From Christensenellaceae bacterium (lineage in GTDB: Bacteria; Bacillota; Clostridia; Christensenellales; Christensenellaceae), in assembly GCA_031556555.1 (NCBI GenBank), contig JAVBSU010000141.1, positions 1 to 36,604 on the forward strand: a DNA stretch of 36,604 nucleotides, read 5' to 3'. The notes under the pieces are model-generated. The model was given only the letters and a program-made list of their open reading frames with translations, ran no database searches and was not told the DNA's origin. Position 1 is the stretch's first letter. Each line of letters begins with the position of its first letter. Made by a program: the position numbers and the translations under genes. Below, piece by piece: positions 17,797-25,036 of this stretch.

Positions 17797-18870
17797 ATGA
17801 AGAAAATGAAAGTCATCTCTATCATCCTGGCAGTTGCTCTCACGTTCACTATCATGGGCGGCGTCGCTCTTGCCGGCGAAGAAGCCGCGGGGCCGCAGGT
17901 CACGTTCGCGAATCTCGCCGAAGGCCGCACCTACTACATGTGCTCTTCACACCAGGCGCACACCTACTTCGCCGATTCCCACCTCGCCCTCCGTTACGCC
18001 GCCGAGTACTTTGGCGTAAACATAGTCGCCTTAGGGCCGGACGGCTGGGACACTGACGCTCAAGCCGAAGCTATCGAGCAGGCCATAGCGAAAGAGCCCG
18101 CGGGCATAATCACCCGTTTCTGGGACGCTACTCCCCTTGAGGCCGTAAGAAGAGCCACCGAGGCGGGCATCCCCGTTGTCGCCACCGAGACGCGCATAGG
18201 CGAAGTGCAGGAAGACATCGGCGGAGCGCTGACCTATATCGGCCTTGACAACTACGTTTGCGGACGCGACACCGCGAGGGAGCTCGTAAAGAACGCGGGC
18301 GAATCCGGCAAGCTCGTTTGCATGGGCAACTGGGGCGCTTCCAACACCGACGCCAAACTGAGGGGCGTAAAAGACTATCTTGCCGAAAACTATCCCGATT
18401 GGGAAATAATAGCTGAAGTTGACGACAAAGCCGTAACAGCCGACGCTATCGAAGCGGGCAAGACCGTTATAAACAACTATCCCGACGCCACAGCCATAGT
18501 TGGCCTCGACTCTTCCTCCGGCACGGGCATCTCCAAGGCCATGGAAGAACTGAATGTCGCCGCCGGCACATACACGGTAGTCGTTCACGACCGTGAGCCT
18601 TCCACCCTCCAGTACATAAAGGACGGCTACATTGCCGCGACCCTGTGCAACAAGACAGGCACGGACGAATACATGGCCATCCTCGTTATGGAAGACTACA
18701 ACAACGGCGGACTCAAGAACGTTCCGCTTTCTTCCGATAACGCCGCCGCCGGCATCAACCCCGTTCCCGACAACATGTACAACACGGCTTTCACTATCAA
18801 CCAGGACAATGTCGACTACTTCTTCGTAGACGTACTGCCCAACATCCAGACTGATCTTTACAATAAATAA
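17797..18870 (+). CDS. Sugar ABC transporter substrate-binding protein (periplasmic binding protein type I)
   Basis: It has a signal peptide MKKMKVISIILAVALTFTIMGGVALAG with no lipobox cysteine, and an RbsB-like fold pattern. AAGGAGG lies upstream. Confidence 0.85.
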   Translation: MKKMKVISIILAVALTFTIMGGVALAGEEAAGPQVTFANLAEGRTYYMCSSHQAHTYFADSHLALRYAAEYFGVNIVALGPDGWDTDAQAEAIEQAIAKEPAGIITRFWDATPLEAVRRATEAGIPVVATETRIGEVQEDIGGALTYIGLDNYVCGRDTARELVKNAGESGKLVCMGNWGASNTDAKLRGVKDYLAENYPDWEIIAEVDDKAVTADAIEAGKTVINNYPDATAIVGLDSSSGTGISKAMEELNVAAGTYTVVVHDREPSTLQYIKDGYIAATLCNKTGTDEYMAILVMEDYNNGGLKNVPLSSDNAAAGINPVPDNMYNTAFTINQDNVDYFFVDVLPNIQTDLYNK

Positions 18871-18875
18871 TTAAT

Positions 18876-18919
18876 CAGGGGCGTTGCCCCTGAAACCCCA
18901 CAAGGGCCGGCCGGCCCTT
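18876..18919. repeat. GC-rich double hairpin module (repeat type 1)
   Basis: CAGGGGC-gtt-GCCCCTG (18876-18892), then AAACCCCAC, then the palindrome AAGGGCCGG/CCGGCCCTT (18902-18919). The first half recurs at 23045-23067. Confidence 0.7.
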
Positions 18920-18963
18920 GACCCGGCACACAACGTTAGCCCAACTAAAAATAAATTTATATT

Positions 18964-19038
18964 AGTACGCGAACGCCCGTGAGCGGGGGTCTGGGGAACA
19001 AGTTCCCCCGCGGGATTCTTAAGGGCGGAGCCCTTAAG
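18964..19038. repeat. 75-nt structured intergenic repeat (type 2, copy 1)
   Basis: AGTACGCGAACG...GGGGTCTGGGGAAC-aa-GTTCCCC...GGATTCTTAAGGGC-gga-GCCCTTAAG. The same blocks occur in the same order at 24009-24081. Confidence 0.75.
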
Positions 19039-19058
19039 TTCGTATCAGGAGATAACCA

Positions 19059-19826
19059 ATGGAACTCAACCTCAAAGGTAAAAACGTGATAGTGACAGGC
19101 GGGTCGCGCGGGCTTGGGAAGGCCATAGGCGCGGCGTTCGCGGCCGGGGGCGCGAACGTTGTCCTGAATTACACCGCTAACGCGGACGCGGCAAACGCCG
19201 CAGCCGGTGAAATCGCCGGAAAGCACGGCGTCAAAGCAATTGCAATCAAAGCGGACGTCGCGGACGAAGCTTCGGTAGCGAAGTTGTTCGACGGCGCGGA
19301 AGGGGCGCTGGGCCCCGTAGATATTTTAGTAAACAACGCGGGCGTGTGCCCGGTTACCATGATAGTGGACACAACTTACGACGAGTGGCTGAACGTCATG
19401 GATATAAACGTAAACGGTATTTTTTTAACGTGCAGGGAATTCGCGCGGCGGCTCATAGCGCAAAAGCGCGGCGGCTGGATAACCAACATAACCTCGCAGG
19501 CCGCTTTTAACGGTTCAAAACGCGGAAAAACACACTACTCGGCCTCCAAGGGCGCGGTTGTGTCGTTCACAATATCCTTTGCCAAGGAAGTAGCGGAGCA
19601 CGGCATATACGTAAACGCGGTGGCGCCCGGCATGATGCTGACGGACATGACGAGGGAAACGCTTGCGGGCGAGGGCGAAATGGAGAAATACGGAAAGCAG
19701 ATACCTCTCGGACGGCTGGCCGGACTAGATGAAATAGCGCGCGCGGTGCTGTTTATGTCCAGCGAGGCGTCGTCCTACTCCACCGGCAGCATATTCGACG
19801 CTACCGGCGGGCTGATGAGCAGGTAG
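19059..19826 (+). CDS. SDR-family oxidoreductase (FabG-like)
   Basis: TGGSRGLG, NNAG and the catalytic YSASK are present. Length is 255 aa. Confidence 0.9.
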   Translation: MELNLKGKNVIVTGGSRGLGKAIGAAFAAGGANVVLNYTANADAANAAAGEIAGKHGVKAIAIKADVADEASVAKLFDGAEGALGPVDILVNNAGVCPVTMIVDTTYDEWLNVMDINVNGIFLTCREFARRLIAQKRGGWITNITSQAAFNGSKRGKTHYSASKGAVVSFTISFAKEVAEHGIYVNAVAPGMMLTDMTRETLAGEGEMEKYGKQIPLGRLAGLDEIARAVLFMSSEASSYSTGSIFDATGGLMSR

Positions 19827-19842
19827 GCCCGGGTGAAAAAAC

Positions 19843-21348
19843 ATGGCTAAATACCTTATGGGGATAGATAACGGCTCCACCGCCATCAAGGCTGGGCTCT
19901 TTGATTTACAAGGCAACGAGCGGGGCGTGGCTTCAATAAACTGTGAAGTTAATAGCCCCCGTCCCGGCTGGTACGAGCGCGATATCGGCGAGCTGTGGGA
20001 AGTGAATAAAGCCACCATAGCAGGCGTGATCGCGAAGACCGGCATCGACCCGAAAGACATACTGGCCGTCTCTCTGACCGGCCACGGCGGCGGAGCCTAC
20101 CTGGTCGACGAGCGCGGCAAAGGCATGCGGAATACCATAGAAGGCGCGGACACGCGCGCCCGCGATTACGTGGAACGCTGGATGCGCGACGGAACCTTCG
20201 AAAAAATCCATCCAAAAAACATGCAGTCGCTGTGGCCCGCTATCCCGCTGTGCGTGCTGGCCTGGCTCAAGGACAACGAGCCCGATGCGCTTAAGCGCGC
20301 GAAGTGGTGCTTAATGGTGAAGGACTACGCGCGCATGAAGCTCACCGGCGCGGCCAACCTGGAATACACCAACGCGAGCGGCAGCGGAATATTAAACACG
20401 CTTGAGCGCAGGATAGATACGGACATGCTCCGCGACGCGGGCATAGAAGATTTGGCTCCACTGTTCCCGCCCCTTGTTAACGCCACGGACAGCTGCGGCG
20501 GCGTTACAAAGCAGGCTGCCGCCGAGACGGGGCTCATAGAGGGCACGCCCGTGGCCGCCGGATGCCACGACATCGACACAGCGGCGCTGGCAGCCGGAGT
20601 CCTGGATGAAAAATACCTCAACGTCATAGTCGGCTCGTGGGCGAACAACCAGTACGTCGCGAAAGAGCCGGTGGTTGACCGCAGCTTTTTCAGCACTACC
20701 AACTTCGTCATAGAGGGCCGCTACCTCTTGCTGGAAGGCAGCCCTTCCGGCGCGATGAACCTTGAGTGGTTCGTTAAGACGCTGCTGCCCACCGAGCGAG
20801 CGCAGATTAAGGAAATGGGCGGTTCTGCCTACGACATATGCAACTATGCTTTAAGCGAGACAAACCCCAAAGACAGCAATGTGCTCTTCCTGCCCTTCGT
20901 GTACGGCGGCAACGTCAGCGCGGACGCGAGCGGTACATTCATGGGACTGAGCGGCCACCACGAACGAAAGCACCTCATACGCTCTGTTTATGAAGGCATA
21001 TGCTTTTCACACAAGTGGCACATAGAGAAAATGAAAAAGCACGGACGGCTCCCCGGCGCGGTGCGTATAGCGGGCGGCGCGGCGCGTTCCGCCGAGTGGA
21101 GGCAGATGTTCGCCGATGTGCTCGGCATGCCTATAGAAGTTACAAAGGCCACGGAAATGGGCGCGTTGGGCGCGGCCATGTGCGCGGCGGTTGCCGCGGG
21201 CGTCTACGCAACTCTCGAGGAAGCATCGGAAGCGATGGTCCACGTGAAAAGCGTGACCTACCCCGACGCGGAAAACACCGGCATATACGAAGAAAAATAC
21301 GCAAACTATGAAAGAGCGGTAAAAGCGCTCAAATCTTATTGGGAATAA
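19843..21348 (+). CDS. FGGY-family carbohydrate kinase (xylulokinase or L-xylulose-kinase-like; substrate unknown)
   Basis: GIDNGSTAIKAGLFD sits at the N-terminus and GGAARS near the C-terminus. Length is 501 aa. Confidence 0.9.
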   Translation: MAKYLMGIDNGSTAIKAGLFDLQGNERGVASINCEVNSPRPGWYERDIGELWEVNKATIAGVIAKTGIDPKDILAVSLTGHGGGAYLVDERGKGMRNTIEGADTRARDYVERWMRDGTFEKIHPKNMQSLWPAIPLCVLAWLKDNEPDALKRAKWCLMVKDYARMKLTGAANLEYTNASGSGILNTLERRIDTDMLRDAGIEDLAPLFPPLVNATDSCGGVTKQAAAETGLIEGTPVAAGCHDIDTAALAAGVLDEKYLNVIVGSWANNQYVAKEPVVDRSFFSTTNFVIEGRYLLLEGSPSGAMNLEWFVKTLLPTERAQIKEMGGSAYDICNYALSETNPKDSNVLFLPFVYGGNVSADASGTFMGLSGHHERKHLIRSVYEGICFSHKWHIEKMKKHGRLPGAVRIAGGAARSAEWRQMFADVLGMPIEVTKATEMGALGAAMCAAVAAGVYATLEEASEAMVHVKSVTYPDAENTGIYEEKYANYERAVKALKSYWE

Positions 21349-22181
21349 ATATGAACGAAACAAAAACCAACAATAATAAAGGTCTGTGGATAGTTATATT
21401 AGCCATCCTCGCGGTGGCGATAGTGTTAGTGTTTACGCAATTGATCCTGCCCAAGCTTACGGAAAACACCGAAGGCGGCGTGGTGCGGAGCGTAAGCATG
21501 GAAGACGACACCTGGCCGCTCCGGCTCATTGAGACAGGGCTGCCCCTTTACGAAAACGACTTTCTCATGTCGTCCGCCTACAAGTACGGGCCGGATGGCG
21601 GTGTCGCCACGGTTATGTACTCCACGCAGGCGGAAATACCCGCCATACGCGGCCACTACATGAAAACTGTCGATAAGGCGCGGGAGACGGGCGAAAACAG
21701 CGATTCCAGCTTATCTTTGACCGGCGAGGCAAACGGCCACGGTGTAACTATAAAAAATTATTACTCCGACGTAGCCAACATCGTGTCAGTGGATATGGAC
21801 CACAATTCCCCTAACGCGGATAAAATACGCGAAAAAATCATGGCCGGATTCCCAGAAGACGCGGTAGCCGCCGAAGAGAACATCGCGAAGTTCACCGGCG
21901 GACCGGCGGACAGCGGCTACGTGCTGTATAATTTCGATCCCTACGCAACGGACAGCTACACAGGCGCGCCGATATTTTCAAGGGCTTACGGCTACGACGG
22001 CCCGATCGAGGATCTGAAGGGCGGGATCGCCGCCCTAAAGGATGTTTATCCCGAAGGCAACGAAGCTGTTTTCGAAGAGAACCGCGCACTTATAAAGAAC
22101 GGCGGCTACCTCTACACTCTGAGCGCCATGGAGAACGACGGCGGCGTGTTCACGGTTTTGACCGTGCAGCAGATGCCGTAA
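21339..22181 (+). CDS. Hypothetical N-terminally anchored extracytoplasmic protein
   Basis: It has one TM helix (GLWIVILAILAVAIVLVFTQLIL) followed by about 240 aa with no motif I recognise. It overlaps the kinase stop; an alternative ATG lies at 21351. Composition matches the neighbouring genes. Confidence 0.6.
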   Translation: MGINMNETKTNNNKGLWIVILAILAVAIVLVFTQLILPKLTENTEGGVVRSVSMEDDTWPLRLIETGLPLYENDFLMSSAYKYGPDGGVATVMYSTQAEIPAIRGHYMKTVDKARETGENSDSSLSLTGEANGHGVTIKNYYSDVANIVSVDMDHNSPNADKIREKIMAGFPEDAVAAEENIAKFTGGPADSGYVLYNFDPYATDSYTGAPIFSRAYGYDGPIEDLKGGIAALKDVYPEGNEAVFEENRALIKNGGYLYTLSAMENDGGVFTVLTVQQMP

Positions 22182-22226
22182 GCAGTCAATTAATATTTTA
22201 AAATATAATACAAAAAGGAGAAAGAA

Positions 22227-23015
22227 ATGAGTTTATCAAGTGACCGTTTAAAAGGAAAAGTCTGCGTCGTGACAGGCGCCGCAAAGAGCATAGGTTTTGG
22301 CATAGCGGAAAAATTCGCTTCGCAGGGCGCTAAAGTCGCCATGACGGATATTGATCCCGAAATCATGAACAGCGCAAAGAGCCTGGCCGGCAAGGGGTAT
22401 ACCGCAAAAGGGTACGTTCAGGACGTGACGGACAGGGATGCCACTTTAAAACTGTTTGGCGATATAGTCAAAGAATTAGGCCCGATCTACTGCCTGGTAA
22501 ACAACGCCGGCATGGTCAACAACCAGCCCTTCCTCGAACTCACCGAAAAAGAATTCGAAAAGATGTTCAACGTGAACGTGTACGGCACCGCGTGGTGCTG
22601 CCAGGGCGCGCTGCCCAGCATGATGGAAGCCAGGGAAGGCAAAATAATAAACTTCTCGAGCAAGTCTGGCAAGACCGGCTCCGCGCTTATGGTTCCTTAC
22701 AGCTCGGCAAAAGGCGCTATAATGACGCTTACCCAGGCGCTCGCCTTCGAGTTCGCCGACTACAACATAAACATTAACTGCGTGTGTCCCGGCATAACCG
22801 ACTTCACCGGCGTGTGGTCGGAAGTGAGCAAGGGCTACATACAGAACCTTAAAATGGAGAAAGAAAAGGTTGTGGACAAGTTTTCCGCGAAAATACCGCT
22901 GGGCCGCCTCGCAGCCATAGAAGACGTAGTTGAGTACGTGTTCTTCCTCGCTACATCCGCGGATTACTGCACCGGCCAGTCGCTCAATATCTCGGGCGGA
23001 CGCGAGATGCACTAA
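22227..23015 (+). CDS. SDR-family oxidoreductase (sorbitol-6-phosphate or polyol dehydrogenase-like)
   Basis: TGAAKSIG, NNAG and YSSAKGA are present. Length is 262 aa. AAAGGAG lies upstream. Confidence 0.9.
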   Translation: MSLSSDRLKGKVCVVTGAAKSIGFGIAEKFASQGAKVAMTDIDPEIMNSAKSLAGKGYTAKGYVQDVTDRDATLKLFGDIVKELGPIYCLVNNAGMVNNQPFLELTEKEFEKMFNVNVYGTAWCCQGALPSMMEAREGKIINFSSKSGKTGSALMVPYSSAKGAIMTLTQALAFEFADYNININCVCPGITDFTGVWSEVSKGYIQNLKMEKEKVVDKFSAKIPLGRLAAIEDVVEYVFFLATSADYCTGQSLNISGGREMH

Positions 23016-23032
23016 GGATTATAACTATTTAT

Positions 23033-23194
23033 GCCTCCGGCGGTCAGGGGCGCTGCCCCTGAACCCCGCTGGGGGACATGTCCCCCAAACCCCACGGCAA
23101 GCTTAACGCTTGCCTTATTTTTTAACAAAGCGGGTTTTGAAGAGTCCCGAGGAACTTTTGAGCGCTAGCAAAAGTTCCTTTGGCCGCCGGAGGC
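23033..23194. repeat. Composite 162-nt structured repeat region closed by an 11-bp terminal inverted repeat
   Basis: GCCTCCGGCGG (23033-23043) is the reverse complement of CCGCCGGAGGC (23184-23194). Four hairpins lie between them: CAGGGGC-gct-GCCCCTG (23045-23061), GGGGGAC-at-GTCCCCC (23071-23086), GGCAAGC-ttaac-GCTTGCC (23096-23114) and AGGAACTTTTG-agcgctag-CAAAAGTTCCT (23150-23179). Confidence 0.7.
23096..23120 (+). terminator. Intrinsic terminator of the sugar or polyol operon
   Basis: GGCAAGC-ttaac-GCTTGCC is followed by TTATTTTTT. Confidence 0.6.
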
Positions 23195-23200
23195 GTTTTT

Positions 23201-23920
23201 TTATTTCTCCTTGCCGTAGCCCGCGGCCGCGGTAAGGATCTCGTCCAGTGTTTCCGCGCCGCGTATGGCTTCCATTCGCTTTGTCTCGTCTTCGAGCAAC
23301 CGGCGGGACAGTGCAATAACGTCGTCTATCCTGTCGGCCGGGAACTTGAGCGCGCCGTTCTCATCCATGTGTACGACTTCGCCCGGGGCGGCGTCCATTC
23401 CGCACACGGACACAGGGACATTTATTGCCTTTAGCGAAAAATCGCCGTGCCCCGCGCAAGCGCCCGTCAGCATGAACTGGAAATCCATCTCCCGTACTTC
23501 GCCAAGGTCGCGCGAGGGGCCGTCGGACACGAGGCCCACACAGCCAAGCTTGGTAAAGGTAGTGGTCATTATTCCACCCACAAGGCCGTTTTTATCTTTG
23601 TACTTCTTGGGCATATCCTGCTTTATGACAAGCACGGTTGGCTTTTTTGAAGCGTCCAGCGCTTTGTAGAGGTCGCGGAGACCCAGCCGCTTGAAATTGG
23701 GATCGGGCAGTCCGAACACGCAGGTAACCGCGAACCCCGCCCTTGGCCCCAGCTTGGGGAACATGCACTTTATGCGCTGGTCCGTGTACCAGTTTATGAG
23801 CCACGGGTCGTAAAGCCCCAGGCACTGTTTATCCTTCCCGGGATACGTTGCCACTACGTTTGATATGGACGCCGTGTCAAACTCGCACAGCGCTTTCATT
23901 TTTTCGTGATAGTCTGTCAT
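23201..23920 (-). CDS. RraA-family protein (putative 4-hydroxy-2-oxoacid aldolase or oxaloacetate decarboxylase type)
   Basis: It has N-terminal FDTASISNV and a GLVSDGPSRDLGEVREMDF block typical of the RraA/DlpA fold. GGAGG lies 7 nt upstream. Confidence 0.65.
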   Translation of the reverse strand: MTDYHEKMKALCEFDTASISNVVATYPGKDKQCLGLYDPWLINWYTDQRIKCMFPKLGPRAGFAVTCVFGLPDPNFKRLGLRDLYKALDASKKPTVLVIKQDMPKKYKDKNGLVGGIMTTTFTKLGCVGLVSDGPSRDLGEVREMDFQFMLTGACAGHGDFSLKAINVPVSVCGMDAAPGEVVHMDENGALKFPADRIDDVIALSRRLLEDETKRMEAIRGAETLDEILTAAAGYGKEK

Positions 23921-24008
23921 TTTATTACCTCCGGCGGCTTAATAACCTTTTTGCGGAGAAGCTTCCAAAAAAGGTTCTTAAGAATCTCCAAAAACGCGGT
24001 TTGTTTTT

Positions 24009-24081
24009 AGTAAGCGAACGTCAGTTCGCGCGGGGTCTGGGGACGACCGTCCCCAGCGGATTCTTAAGGCGGATCCTTAAG
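24009..24081. repeat. 73-nt structured intergenic repeat (type 2, copy 2)
   Basis: AGTAAGCGAAC-gtca-GTTCGC...GGGGTCTGGGGAC-gacc-GTCCCCAG..GGATTCTTAAGG-cggat-CCTTAAG. Confidence 0.75.
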
Positions 24082-24089
24082 GTTTATTA

Positions 24090-25034
24090 TCATACTCCGT
24101 TCACCACATTCACAGGCTTGCCGTCTAAAAACGCGCGAAGATGGTTTAACGTTATGTCTATGAGGCGCTCGCGGGATTCCTTAGGCGCCCAGGCGATGTG
24201 CGGCGTGATGAAGCAGTTGGGCGCGGCTAGCAGCGGATTGTTCTCCGATATTGGCTCCACGGACACGACATCCACTCCAGCCGCAAGTACCTTCCCGCCC
24301 GCAAGCGCCCCGGCCAGCGCGGCTTCGTCTATGAGCCCGCCGCGCGCGGTATTCAGTATTATCACGCCATTTTTCATTTTGGCTATGGAACCGCTGTTTA
24401 TCATCTTTTCGGTCTCTTCGGCCAGCATGCAGTGCAGGGAGATCACGTCCGATTTCTCATATAGCTCGTCAAGCGCCACCGCGTTGGCCGCTTTCGCGTG
24501 TCTGCTGTACACCAGAACTTTCATGCCGAAGGCTCTTGCCAGTTTTTCCATTTCCCTGCCTATGTTGCCATAGCCTATTATGCCCATCGTTTTGCCCGAG
24601 AGCTCTATGAGCGGCCGCTTCCAGAAGGAAAAGTCCTTATTCGACGACCATTCCCCATTCTTGACGGCGCTATTGTGCACGCCCACGTTGTTGCATATCT
24701 CAAGCAACAGCGCCATCGCCATCTGCGCTACCGCGTTTGTGCCGTAGGCGGGTATGTTGCACACAGGTATGCCCCGCGCCGCCGCCGCTTCAACGTCGAC
24801 GTTGTTGTAGCCGGTCGCCAGCTCGCCTATGTAGCACAGGTTGGGGCATTTATCCAGCACGCCGGCGTCTATCACCGTCTTGTTGGTCATGATGATCTCC
24901 GCATCCCCGATATGCTCCACCGTGAGGTCTTTGGGCGTCCTGTCGTACACCACTAACTCACCCAGCTCCTCAAGGCCGCTCCAGGACAGGTCTCCCGGGT
25001 TTATCACGTAACCGTCCAGTATGACTATCTTCAT
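24090..25034 (-). CDS. D-isomer-specific 2-hydroxyacid dehydrogenase (glycerate dehydrogenase or hydroxypyruvate reductase-like)
   Basis: It has the NAD-binding motif GIIGYGNIGREM, a catalytic R/E/H pattern (NTARGGLIDE, TPHIAW), and an N-terminus typical of HprA-like enzymes. Confidence 0.9.
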   Translation of the reverse strand: MKIVILDGYVINPGDLSWSGLEELGELVVYDRTPKDLTVEHIGDAEIIMTNKTVIDAGVLDKCPNLCYIGELATGYNNVDVEAAAARGIPVCNIPAYGTNAVAQMAMALLLEICNNVGVHNSAVKNGEWSSNKDFSFWKRPLIELSGKTMGIIGYGNIGREMEKLARAFGMKVLVYSRHAKAANAVALDELYEKSDVISLHCMLAEETEKMINSGSIAKMKNGVIILNTARGGLIDEAALAGALAGGKVLAAGVDVVSVEPISENNPLLAAPNCFITPHIAWAPKESRERLIDITLNHLRAFLDGKPVNVVNGV

Positions 25035-25036
25035 GA

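Noticed and set aside
18871-24089. Idea that the structured repeats are integron attC sites separating gene cassettes
   Set aside because: I could not find the RYYYAAC...GTTRRRY core sites at the element ends. The flanked genes are in mixed orientation, the blocks hold several genes, and no integrase is present in the window.
23848-24573. 241-aa plus-strand ORF spanning the RraA start, the type 2 repeat and part of the dehydrogenase gene
   Set aside because: It crosses an intergenic repeat and then runs antisense to a well-supported dehydrogenase CDS. It has no SD and no recognisable motif.
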